A stretch of 64,000 nt of DNA from Eledone cirrhosa (lineage: Eukaryota). The position numbers and the translations under genes are program-made. Location of the stretch: positions 5,456,001 to 5,520,000 of the forward strand of contig OZ024741.1 of the NCBI GenBank assembly GCA_964016885.1, in the 5' to 3' direction. This document shows, piece after piece, positions 28,001 through 41,000 of this stretch (its first letter is position 1; each line of letters starts with the position of its first letter). Under the pieces are notes generated by a model. That model worked only from the letters and a program-made list of their open reading frames with translations, ran no database searches and was not told the origin of the DNA.

Positions 28001-31000
28001 TTTTTACAGTGGTCCACTTGAGGTTATTACAGTGGTCCACTTGAGGAGGCTATTACAGTGGTCCACTTGATGTTATTACAGTTGTCCACTTGAGGAAGCT
28101 ATTACAGTGGTCCACTTGAGGTTATTACAGTGGTCCACTTGAGGAGGCTATTACAGTGGTCCACTTGAGGTTATTACAGTGGTCCACTTGAGGAGGCTAT
28201 TACAGTTGTCCACTTGATGTTATTACAGTGGTCCACTTGTGGAGGTTATTACAGTGGTCCACTTGAGGTTATTACAGTGGTCGACTTGAGCTTATTACAG
28301 TGGTCCACTTGAGGGGGCTATTACAGTGGTCCACTTGAGAAGGTTATTACAGTGGTCCACTTGAGGTTATTACAGTGGTCCACTTGAGGAGTTTATTACA
28401 GTGGTCCACTTGAGGGGTTATTACAGTTGTCCACTTGAGAAGGTTATTACAGTGGTCCACTTGAGGAGGTTATTACAGTGGTCCACTTGATGTTATTACA
28501 GTGGTCCACTTGAGGAGGCTATTACAGTGGTCCACTTGAGGAGGTTATTACAGTGGTCCACTTGAGGAGGCTATTACAGTGGTCTACTTGAGGTTATTAC
28601 AGTGGTCCACTTGAGGGGGTTATTACAGTGGTCCACTTGAGGTTATTACAGTGGTCCACTTGAGGAGGTTATTACAGTGGTCCAATTGAGGAGGTTATTA
28701 CAGTGGTCCACTTGAGGTTATTACAGTGGACCAATTGTGGAGGTTATTACAGTGGTCCGCTTGAGGAGGTTATTACAGTGGTCCACTTGAGGTTATTACA
28801 GTGGTCCACTTGAGGAGGTTATTACAGTGCTCCACTTGAGGTTATTACAGTGGTCCACTTGAGGAGGTTATTACAGTGGTCCGTTTGAGGAGGTTATTAC
28901 AGTGGTCCACTTGAGGTTATTACAGTGGTCCACTTGAGGAGGTTATTACAGTGGTCCACTTGAGGAGGTTATTAGAGTGGTCCACTTGAGGAGGTTATTA
29001 CAGAGGTCCAATTGAGGAGGTTATTACAGTGGTCCACTTGAGGAGGTTATTACAGTGGTCCAGTTGAGGTTATTACAGTGGTACACTAGAGGAGGTTATT
29101 ACAGTGGTCCACTTGAGGTTATTACAGTGGTCCACTTGAGGAGGTTATTACAGTGGTCCACTTGAGGTTATTACAGTGGTCCACTTGAGGAGGCTATTAC
29201 AGTGGTCCACTTGAGGTTATTACAGTGGTCCACTTGAGGAGGTTATTACAGTGGTCCACTTGAGGTTATTACAGTGGTCCACTTGAGGAGGTTATTACAG
29301 TGGTCCAATTGAGGAGGTTATTACAGTGGTCCACTTGAGGTTATTACAGTGGGCCACTAGAGGAGGTTATTACAGTGGTCCACTTGAGGTTATTACAGTG
29401 GTCCACTTGAGGAGGCTATTACAGTGGTCCACTTGAGGAGGTTATTACAGTGGTCCACTTGAGGAGGTTATTACAGTAGTCCACTTGAGGTGGTTATTAC
29501 AGTGGTCCACTTGAGGTGGTTATTACAGTGGTCCACTTGAGGAGGCTATTACAGTGGTCCACTTGAGGAGGTTATTACAGTGGTCCACTTGAGGTTATTA
29601 CAGTGGTCCACTTGAGGTTATTATAGTGGTTCACTTGAGGAGGCTATTACAGTGGTCCACTTGAGGTTATTACAGTGGTCCACTTGAGCAGGTTATTACA
29701 GTGGTCCACTTGAGAAGGCTATTACAGTGGTCCACTTGAGAAGGTTATTACAGTGGTCCACTTGAGGTTATTACAGTGGACCATTTGAGGAGGTTATTAC
29801 AGTGCTCCACTTGAGGAGGTTATTACAGTGGTCCACTTGAGGAGGTTATTACAGTGGTCCACTTGAGGAGGTTATTACAGTGGTCCACTTGAGGAGGTTA
29901 TTACAGTGGTCCACTTGAGGTGGCTATTACAGTGGTTCACTTGAGGTTATTACATTGGTCCAATTGAGGAGGTTATTACAGTGGTCCACTTGAGGTTATT
30001 ACAATGGTCCAATTGAGGAGGTTATTACAGTGGTCCACTTGAGGAGGCTATTACAATGGTCCACTTGAGGTTATTACAGTGGTCCACTTGAGGAGGTTAA
30101 TACAGTGGTCCACTTGAGTTTATTACAGTGGTCCACTTGAGGAGGCTATTACAGTGGTCCACTTGAATAGGTTATTACAGTGGTCCACTTGAGGTTATTA
30201 CAGTGGTCCACTTGTGGAGGCTATTACAGTGGTCCACTTGAGGTTATTACAGTGGTCCACTTGAGGAGGTTATTACAGTGGTCCACTTGAGGTTATTACA
30301 GTGGTCCACTTGAGGAGGCTATTACAGTGGTCCATTTGAGGTTATTACAGTGGTCCACTTGAGGAGGTTATTACAGTGGTCCCCTTGAGGTTATTACAGT
30401 GGTCCACTTGAGGTTATTACAGTTGTCCACTTGATTTTATTACAGTGGTCCACTTGAGGAGGCTATTACAGTGGTCCACTTGAGGTTATTACAGTGATCC
30501 ACTTGAGGAGGTTATTACAGTGGTCCACTTGAGGTTATTACAGTGATCCACTTGAGGTTATTACAGTGGTCCACTTGAGGAGGCTATTACAGTGGTCCAC
30601 TTGAGGTTATTACAGTTGTCCACTTGAGGAAGCTATTACAGTGGTCCACTTGAGGTTATTACAGTGGTCCACTTGAGGAGGCTATTACAGTGGTCCACTT
30701 GATGTTATTACAGTGGTCCACTTGTGGAGGTTATTACAGTGGTCCACTTGAAGGGGCTATTACAGTGGTCCACTTGAGAAGGTTATTACAGTGGTCCACT
30801 TGAGGTTATTACAGTGGTCCACTTGAGGAGTTTATTACAGTGGTCCACTTGAGGGGTTATTACAGTGGTCCACTTGAGAAGGTTATTACAGTGGTCCACT
30901 TGAGGAGGTTATTACAGTGGTCCACTTGATGTTATTACAGTGGTCCACTTGAGGAGGCTATTACATTGGTCCACTTGAGGAGGTTATTACAGTGGTCCAC

Positions 31001-34000
31001 TTGAGGAGGCTATTACAGTGGTCTACTTGAGGTTATTACAGTGGTCCACTTGAGGGGGTTATTACAGTGGTTCCACTTGAGGTTATTACAGTGGTCCACT
31101 TGAGGAGGTTATTACAGTGGTCCAATTGAGGAGGTTATTACAGTGGTCCACTTGAGGTTATTACAGTGGACCAATTGAGGAGGTTATTACAGTGGTCCGC
31201 TTGAGGAGGTTATTACAGTGGTCCACTTGAGGTTATTACAGTGGTCCACTTGAGGAGGTTATTACAGTGGTCCACTTGAGGTTATTACAGTGGTCCACTT
31301 GAGGAGGTTATTACAGTGGTCCGTTTGAGGAGGTTATTACAGTGGTCCACTTGAGGTTATTACAGTGGTCCACTTGAGGAGGTTATTAAAGTGGTCCAAT
31401 TGAGGAGGTTATTACAGTGGTCCACTTGAGGAGGTTATTACAGTGGTCCACTTGAGGAGGTTATTACAGTGGTCCAATTGAGGAGGTTATTACAGTGGTC
31501 CACTTGAGGAGGTTATTACAATGGTCCAGTTGAGGTTATTACAGTGGTACAATAGAGGAGGTTTTTACAGTGGTCCACTTGAGGTTATTACAGTGGTCCA
31601 CTTGAGGAGGTTATTACAGTGGTCCACTTGAGGTTATTACAGTGGTCCACTTGAGGAGGCTATTACAGTGGTCCACTTGAGGTTATTACAGTGGTCCACT
31701 TGAGGAGGTTATTACAGTGGTCCACTTGAGGTTATTACAGTGGTCCACTTGAGGAGGTTATTACAGTGGTCCAATTGAGGAGGTTATTACAGTGGTCCAC
31801 TTGAGGTTATTACAGTAGGCCACTAGAGGAGGTTATTACAGTGGTCCACTTGAGGTTATTACAGTGGTCCACTTGAGGAGGCTATTACAGTGGTCCACTT
31901 GAGGAGGTTATTACAGTGGTCCACTTGAGGAGGTTATTACAGTAGTCCACTTGAGGTGGTTATTACAGTGGTCCACTTGAGGTGGTTATTACAGTGGTCC
32001 ACTTGAGGAGGCTATTACAGTGGTCCACTTGAGGAGGTTATTACAGTGGTCCACTTGAGGTTATTACAGTGGTCCACTTGAGGTTATTATAGTGGTCCAC
32101 TTGAGGAGGCTATTACAGTGGTCCACTTGAGGTTATTACAGTGGTCCACTTGAGGAGGCTATTAAAGTGGTCCACTTGAGGTTATTACAGTGATCCACTT
32201 GAGGAGGCTATTACAGTGGTCCACTTGAGGTTATTTCAGTGATCCACTTGAGGAGGTTATTACAGTGGTCCACTTGAGGTTATTACAGTGGTCCACTTGA
32301 GGTTATTACAGTGGTCCACTTGAGGGGGCTATTACAGTGGTCCACTTGAGAAGGTTATTACAGTGGTCAAGTTGAGGTTATTACAGTGGTCCCCTTGAGG
32401 AGGCTATTACAGTGGTCCACTTGAGAATGCTATTACAGTGGTCCACTTGAGGTTATTACAGTGGTCCACTTGAGAATGCTATTACATTGTCCACTTGAGA
32501 AGGTTATTACAGTGGTCCACTTGAGGTTATTACAGTGGACCATTTGAGGAGGTTATTACAGTGCTCCACTTGAGGAGGTTATTACAGTGATCCACTTGAG
32601 GAGGCTATTACAGTGGTCCACTTGAGGAGGTTATTACAGTGGTCCACTTGAGGAGGTTATTACAGTGGTCCACTTGAGGTGGCTATTACAGTGGTTCACT
32701 TGAGGTTATTACAGTGGTCCAATTGAGGAGGTTATTACAGTGGTCCACTTGAGGTTATTACAGTGGTCCAATTGAGGAGGTTATTACAGTGGTCCACTTG
32801 AGGAGGCTATTACAGTGGTCCACTTGAGGTTATTACAGTGGTCCACTTGAGGAGGTTAATACAGTGGTCCACTTGAGGTTATTACAGTGGTCCACTTGAG
32901 GAGGCTATAACAGTGGTCCACTTGAGGAGGTTATTACAGTGGTCCACTTGAGGTTATTACAGTGGTCCACTTGTGGAGGCAATTACAGTGGTCCACTTGA
33001 GGTTATTACAGTGGTCCACTTGAGGAGGTTATTACAGTGGTCCACTTGAGGTTATTACAGTGGTCCAATTGAGGAGGCTATTACAGTGGTCCACTTGAGG
33101 TTATTACAGTGGTCCACTTGAGGAGGTTATTACAGTGGTCCACTTGAGGTTATTATAGTAGTCCACTTGAGGAGGCTATTACAGTGGTCCACTTGAGAAG
33201 GTTATTACAGTGGTCCACTTGAGGTTATTACAGTGGACCATTTGAGGAGGTTATTACAGTGGTCCAATTGAGGAGGTTATTACAGTGGTCCACTTGAGGT
33301 TATTACAGTGGTCCACTTGAGGAGGTTATTACAGTGGTCCACTTGAGGTTATTACAGTGTTCCACTTGAGGTGGTTACTACAGTGGTCCATTTGAGGAGG
33401 TTATTACAGTGGTCCACTTGAGGTTATTACAGTGGTCCACTTGAGGAGGCTATTACAGTGGTCCACTTAAGGTTATTAAAGTGGTCCACTTGAGGAGGTT
33501 ATTACAGTGGCCCACTTGAGGAGGTTATTACAGTGGTCCACTTGAGGCTATTACAGTGGTCCACTTGAGGAGGCCATTACAGTGGTCCACTTGAGGTTAT
33601 TACAGTGGTCCACTTGAGGAGGTTATTACAGTGGTCCACTTGAGGTTATTACAGTGGTCCACTTGAGGAGGTTATTACAGTGGTCCAATTGAGAAGGGTA
33701 TTACAGTGGTCCACTTGAGGAGGCTATTACAGTGGTCCACTTGAGAAGGTTATTACAGTGGCCCACTTGAGGTTATTACAGTGGTCCACTTGAGGATGTT
33801 TTTAGAGTTGTCCACTTGAGGAGGTTATTACAGTGGTCCAATTGAGAAGGTTATTACAGTGGTCCACTTTAGGTCATTCCAGTGGTCCACTTGAGGTGGT
33901 TATTACAGCGGTCCACTTGAGATTATTAAAGTAGTCCAATTGAGGTTATTACAGTGGTCCACTTGAGGTTATTACAGTGGTCCACTTGAGGTTATTACAG

Positions 34001-35454
34001 TGGTCCACTTGTAGAGGTTATTACAGTGGTGCACTTCAGGTTATTACAGTGGTCCACATGAGGATTTTATTACAGTGGTCCACTTGAGGTGGCTATTACA
34101 GTGGTCCACTTGAGGAGGTTATTACAGTGGTCCACTTGAGGTTATTACAGTGGTCCACTTGAGGTTATTACAGTGGTCCACTTGAGAAGGTTATTACAGT
34201 GGTCCACTTGAGGAGGTTATTACAGTGGTCCACTTGGGGAGGTTATTACAGTGGTCCACTTGAGGAGGCTATTACAGTGGTCCACTTGAGGTTATTACAG
34301 TGGTCCACTTGAGGAGGTTATTACAGTGGTCCACTTGAGGAGGTTATTACAGTGGTCCACTTGAGGAGGTTATTACAGTGGTCCACTTGAGGAGGCTATT
34401 ACAGTGGTCCACTTGAGGTTATTACAGTGGTCCACTTGAGGAGGTTATTACAGTGGTCCACTTGAGGAGGTTATTACAGTGGTCCACTTGAGGTTAATAC
34501 AGTGGTCCACTTGAGGAGGTTATTACAGTGGTCCACTTGAGGATATTACAGTGGTCCATTTGAGGAGGTTATTACAGTGGTCCACTTGAGGAGGTTATTA
34601 CAGTGGTCCACTTGATGTTATTACAGTGGTCCACTTGTAGAGGTTATTACAGTGGTGCACTTCAGGTTATTACAGTGGTCCACATGAGGATTTTATTACA
34701 GTGGTCCACTTGAGGTAGCTATTACAGTGGTCCACTTGAGGTGGTTATTACAGTGGTCCACTTTAGGTTATTACAGTGGTCCACCTGAGGTTATTACAGT
34801 GGTCCACTTGAGGAGGTTATTACAGTGGTCCACTTCAGGTTATTACAGTGGTGCACTTGAGGAGCCTATTACAGTGGTCCACTTGAGGTTATTAAAGTGG
34901 TCCACTTGAGGAGGTTATTACAGTGGTCCACTTGAGGTTATTACAGTGGTCCACGTGAGGAGGCTATTACAGTGGTCCACTTGAGGTGGCTATTACAGTG
35001 GAACACTTGAGGAGGCTATTACAGTGGTCCACTTGAGGTTATTACAGTGGTCCACTTGAGGAGGCTATTAAAGAGGTCCACTTGAGGTTATTACAGTGGT
35101 CTTCTTGATGTTATTACAGTGGTCCACTTGAAGTTATTACAGTGGTCCACTTGAGGAGGCTATTACAGAGGTCCACTTGAGATTATTACGGTGGTCCACT
35201 TGAGGAGGTTATTACAGTGGTCCATTTAAGGAGGTTATTACAGTGGTCCACTTGAGGAGACTATTACAGTGGTCCACTTGAGGAGGTTATTACAGTGGTC
35301 CACTTGAGGAGGTTATTACAGTGGTCCACTTGAGGTTATTACAGTGGTCCAATTGAGAAGGTTATTACAGTGGTCCACTTGAGGAGGCTATTACAGTGGT
35401 CCACTTGAGGAGGTTATTACAGTGGTCCATTTGAGCTCATTACAGTGGTCCACT
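22036..35454 (+). repeat. Higher-order duplication, 13.4-kb unit, copy 2 (13,419 bp)
   Basis: Same ordered series of variant monomers as 8640-22035. Homology ends at ~35510, where GAGTTTATT follows instead of the GTGTTCC monomer. Confidence 0.93.
22463..28545 (+). repeat. Same nested ~3.03-kb tandem duplication carried in the second 13.4-kb copy
   Basis: Same markers shifted by 13,396. The end marker is at 25437 and 28490 (+3,053 = 3,027 + one 26-mer). Confidence 0.88.
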
Positions 35455-38016
35455 TGAGGAGGTTATTACAGTGGTCCACTTGAGGAGGTTATTACAGTGG
35501 TCCACTTGAGTTTATTACAGTGGTCCACTTGAGGAGGCTATTACAGTGGTCCACTTGAGTTTATTACAGTGGTCCACTTGAGGAGGCTATTACAGTGGTC
35601 CATTTGAGGTTATTACAGTGGTCCACTTGAGGAGGTTATTACACTGGTCCACTTGAGGTTATTACAGTGGTCCACTTGAGGTTATTACAGTGGTCCACTT
35701 GAGGAGGCTATTACAGTGGTCCACTTGAGGTTATTACAGTGAGCCACTTGGGGAGGTTATTACAGTGGTCCACTTGAGGTTATTACAGTGGTCCACTTGA
35801 GGTTATTACAGTGGTCCACTTGAGGAGGCTATTACAGTGGTCCACTTTAGGTTATTACAGTTGTCCACTTGAGGAAGCTATTACAGTGGTCCACTTGAGG
35901 AGGCTATTACAGTGGTCCACTTGAGGTTATTACAGTGGTCCACTTGAGGTTATTACAGTGGTCCACTTGAGGAGGCTATTACAGTGGTCCACTTGATGTT
36001 ATTACAGTGGTCCACTTGTGGAGGTTATTACAGTGGTCCACTTGAGGTTATTACAGTGGTCGACTTGAGGTTATTACAGTGGTCCACTTGAGGGGGCTAT
36101 TACAGTGGTCCACTCGAGAAGGTTGTTACAGAGGTCCACTTGAGGTTATTACAGTGGTCCACTTGAGGAGTTTATTACAGTGGTCCACTTGAGGAGTTAT
36201 TACAGTGGTCCACTTGAGAAGGTTATTACAGTGGTCCACTTGAGGAGGTTATTACAGTGGTCCACTTGATGTTATTACAGTGGTCCACTTGAGGAGGCTA
36301 TTACAGTGGTCCACTTGAGGAGGTTATTACAGTGGTCCACTTGAGGAGGCTATTACAGTGGTCTACTTGAGGTTATTACAGTGGTCCACTTGAGGGGGTT
36401 ATTACAGTGGTCCACTTGAGGTTATTACAGTGGTCCACTTGAGGAGGTTATTACAGTGGTCCAATTGAGGAGGTTATTACAGTGGTCCACTTGAGGTTAT
36501 TACAGTGGACCAATTGAGGAGGTTATTACAGTGGTCCAATTGAGGAGGTTATTACAGTGGTCCACTTGAGGAGGTTATTACAGTAGTCCACTTGAGGAGG
36601 TTATTACAGTGGTCCAGTTGAGGTTATTACAGTGGTACACTAGAGGTGGTTATTACAGTGGTCCACTTGAGGTTATTACAGTGGTCCACTTGAGGAGGTT
36701 ATTACAGTGGTCCACTTGAGGTTATTACAGTGGTCCACTTGAGGAGGTTATTACAGTGGTCCACTTGATGTTATTACAGTGGTCCACTTGAGGAGGTTAT
36801 TACAGTGGTCCGTTTGAGGAGGTTATTACAGTGGTCCACTTGAGGTTATTACAGTGGTCCACTTGAGGAGGTTATTACAGTGGTCCAATTGAGGAGGTTA
36901 TTACAGTGGTCCACTTGAGGAGGTTATTACAGTAGTCCACTTGAGGAGGTTATTACAGTGGTCCAGTTGAGGTTATTACAGTGGTACACTAGAGGTGGTT
37001 ATTACAGTGGTCCACTTGAGGTTATTACAGTGGTCCACTTGAGGAGGTTATTACAGTGGTCCACTTGAGGTTATTACAGTGGTCCACTTGAGGAGGCTAT
37101 TACAGTGGTCCACTTGAGGTTATTACAGTGGTCCTCTTGAGGAGGTTATTACAGTGGTCCACTTGAGGTTATTACAGTGGTCCACTTGAGGAGGTTATTA
37201 CAGTGGTCCACTTGAGGTTATTACAGTGGTCCACTTGAGGTTATTACAGTGGGCCACTAGAGGAGGTTATTACAGTGGTCCACTTGAGGTTATTACAGTG
37301 GTCCACTTGAGGAGGCTATTACAGTGGTCCACTTGAGGTGCTTATTACAGTGGTCCACTTGAGGAGGTTATTACAGTGGTCCACTTGAGGAGGTTATTAC
37401 AGTGGTCCAATTGAGAAGGTTATTACAGTGGTCCACTTGAGGTGGTTATTACAGTGGTCCACTTGAGGAGGCTATTACAGTGGTCCACTTGAGGAGGTTA
37501 TTACAGTGGTCCACTTGAGGTTATTACAGTGGTCCACTTGAGGTTATTATAGTGGTCCACTTGAGGAGGCTATTACAGTGGTCCACTTGAGGTTATTACA
37601 GTGGTCCACTTGAAGAGGCTATTAAAGTGGTCCACTTGAGGTTATTACAGTGATCCACTTGAGGAGGCTATTACAGTGGTCCACTTGAGGTTATTTCAGT
37701 GATCCACTTGAGGAGGTTATTACAGTGGTCCACTTGAGGTTATTACAGTGGTCCACTTGAGGTTATTACAGTGGTCCACTTGAGGGGACTATTACAGTGG
37801 TCCACTTGAGAAGTTTATTACAGTGGTCCACTTGAGAAGGTTATTACAGTGGTCCCCTTGAGGTTATTACAGTGGTCCACTTGAGGTTATTACATTGGTC
37901 CACTTGAGGAGGTTATTACAGTGGTCCACTTGAGAAGGCTATTACAGTGGTCCACTTGAGAAGGTTATTACAGTGGTCCCCTTGAGGTTATTACAATGGT
38001 CCACTTGAGGTTATTA
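25870..38016 (+). repeat. Higher-order duplication, 12,147-bp unit, copy 1 (overlaps 13.4-kb copy 2)
   Basis: Markers recur at exactly +12,147: TTGCT 26034/38181; GTGGTTCCAC 31067/43214; TATTACATTGTCC 32480/44627; ORF block 34727/46874; CAATGG 37994/50141. Confidence 0.93.
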
Positions 38017-41000
38017 CAGTGGTCCACTTGAGGAGGTTATTACAGTGGTCCACTTGAGGTTATTACAGTGGTCCACTTGAGGTTATTACAGTGGTCCACT
38101 TGTAGGGGTTATTACAGTGGTGCACTTCAGGTTATTACAGTGGTCCACATGAGGATTTTATTACAGTGGTCCACTTGAGGTTGCTATTACAGTGGTCCAC
38201 TTGAGGAGGTTATTACAGTGGTCCACTTGAGGTTATTACAGTGGTCCACTTGAGGTTATTACAGTGGTCCACTTGAGAAGGTTATTACAGTGGTCCACTT
38301 GAGGAGGTTATTACAATGGTCCACTTGGGGAGGTTATTACAGTGGTCCTCTTGAGGAGGCTATTACAGTGGTCCACTTGAGGTTATTACAGTCGTCCACT
38401 TGAGGAGGTTATTACAGTGGTCCACTTGAGGAGGCTATTACAGTGGTCCACTTGAGGTTATTACAGTGGTCCACTTGAGGAGGTTATTACAGTGGTCCAC
38501 TTGAGGAGGTTATTACAGTGGTCCACTTGAGGTTAATACAGAGGTCCACTTGAGGAGGTTATTACAGTGGTCCACTTGAGGTTATTACAGTGGTCCATTT
38601 GAGGAGGTTATTACAGTGGTCCACTTGAGGAGGTTATTACAGTGGTCCACTTGAGGTTATTACAGTGGTCCACTTGTAGAGGTTATTACAGTGGTGCACT
38701 TCAGGTTATTACAGTGGTCCACATGAGGATTTTATTACAGTGGTCCACTTGAGGTAGCTATTACAGTGGTCCACTTGAGGAGGTTATTACAGTGGTCCAC
38801 TTGAGGTTATTACAGTGGTCCACCTGAGTTTATTACAGTGGTCCACTTGAGGAGGTTATTACAGTGGTCCACTTCAGGTTATTACAGTGGTGCACTTGAG
38901 GAGCCTATTACAGTGGTCCACTTGAGGTTATTAAAGTGGTCCACTTGAGGAGGTTATTACAGTGGTACATTTTAGGTGGCTATTACAGTGGTCCACTTGA
39001 GGAGGTTATTACAGTGGTCCACTTGAGGAGGTTATTACAGTGGTCCACTTGAGGAGGTTATTACAGTGGTCCACTTGAGGTTATTACAGTGGTCCACGTG
39101 AGGAGGCTATTACAGTGGTCCACTTGAGGTGGCTATTACAGTGGTCCACTTGACGAGGTTATTACGGTGGTCCACTTGAGGAGGCTATTACAGTGGTCCA
39201 CTTGAGGAGGCTATTACAGAGGTCCACTTGAGGTGGCTATTACAGTGGTCCACTTGAGGTTATTACAGTGGTCCACTTGAGGAGGTTATTACAGTGGTCC
39301 ACTTGAGGTTATTACAGTGGTCCACGTGAGGAGGCTATTACAGTGGTCCACTTGAGGAGGCTATTACAGTGGTCCACTTGAGGAGGCTATTACAGTGGTC
39401 CACTTGAGGTTATTACAGTGGTCCACTTGAGTAGGCTATTACAGAGGTCCACTTGAGGTTATTACAGTGGTCCACTTGAGGTTATTACAGTGGTTTTCTT
39501 GATGTTATTACAGTGGTCCACTTGAAGTTATTACAGTGGTCCACTTGAGGAGGCTATTACAGAGGTCCACTTGAGATTATTACAGTGGTCCACTTGAGGA
39601 GGTTATTACAGTGGTCCACTTAATGAGGTTATTACAGTGGTCCACTTGAGGAGACTATTACAGTGGTTCACTTGAGGAGGTTATTACAGTGGTCCACTTG
39701 AGGAGGTTATTACAGTGGTCCACTTGAGGTTATTACAGTGGTCCAATTGAGGAGGTTATTACAGTGGTCCACTTGAGGAGGCTATTACAGTGGTCCACTT
39801 GAGGAGGTTATTACAGTGGTCCACTTGAGCTCATTACAGTGGTCCACTTGAGGAGGTTATTACAGTGGTCCACTTGAGGAGGTTATTACAGTGGTCCACT
39901 TGTGGTTATTACAGTGGTCCACTTGAGGAGGCTATTACAGTGGTCCATTTGAGGTTATTACAGTGGTCCACTTGAGGAGGTTATTACAGTGGTCCACTTG
40001 AGGTTATTACAGTTGTCCACTTGAGGTTATTACAGTTGTCCACTTGAGGTTATTACAGTGGTCCACTTGAGGAGGCTATTACAGTGGTCCACTTGAGGTT
40101 ATTACAGTGATCCACTTGAGGAGGTTATTACAGTGGTCCACTTGAGGTTTTTACAGTGGTCCACTTGAGGTTATTACAGTGGTCCACTTGAGGAGGCTAT
40201 TACAGTGGTCCACTTGATGTTATTACAGTTGTCCACTTGAGGAAGCTATTACAGTGGTCCACTTGAGGTTATTACAGTGGTCCACTTGAGGAGGCTATTA
40301 CAGTGGTCCACTTGAGGTTATTACAGTGGTCCACTTGAGGAGGCTATTACAGTTGTCCACTTGATGTTATTACAGTGGTCCACTTGTGGAGGTTATTACA
40401 GTGGTCCACTTGAGGTTATTACAGTGGTCGACTTGAGCTTATTACAGTGGTCCACTTGAGGGGGCTATTACAGTGGTCCACTTGAGAAGGTTATTACAGT
40501 GGTCCACTTGAGGTTATTACAGTGGTCCACTTGAGGAGTTTATTACAGTGGTCCACTTGAGGGGTTATTACAGTTGTCCACTTGAGAAGGTTATTACAGT
40601 GGTCCACTTGAGGAGGTTATTACAGTGGTCCACTTGATGTTATTACAGTGGTCCACTTGAGGAGGCTATTACAGTGGTCCACTTGAGGAGGTTATTACAG
40701 TGGTCCACTTGAGGAGGCTATTACAGTGGTCTACTTGAGGTTATTACAGTGGTCCACTTGAGGGGGTTATTACAGTGGTCCACTTGAGGTTATTACAGTG
40801 GTCCACTTGAGGAGGTTATTACAGTGGTCCAATTGAGGAGGTTATTACAGTGGTCCACTTGAGGTTATTACAGTGGACCAATTGTGGAGGTTATTACAGT
40901 GGTCCGCTTGAGGAGGTTATTACAGTGGTCCACTTGAGGTTATTACAGTGGTCCACTTGAGGAGGTTATTACAGTGCTCCACTTGAGGTTATTACAGTGG

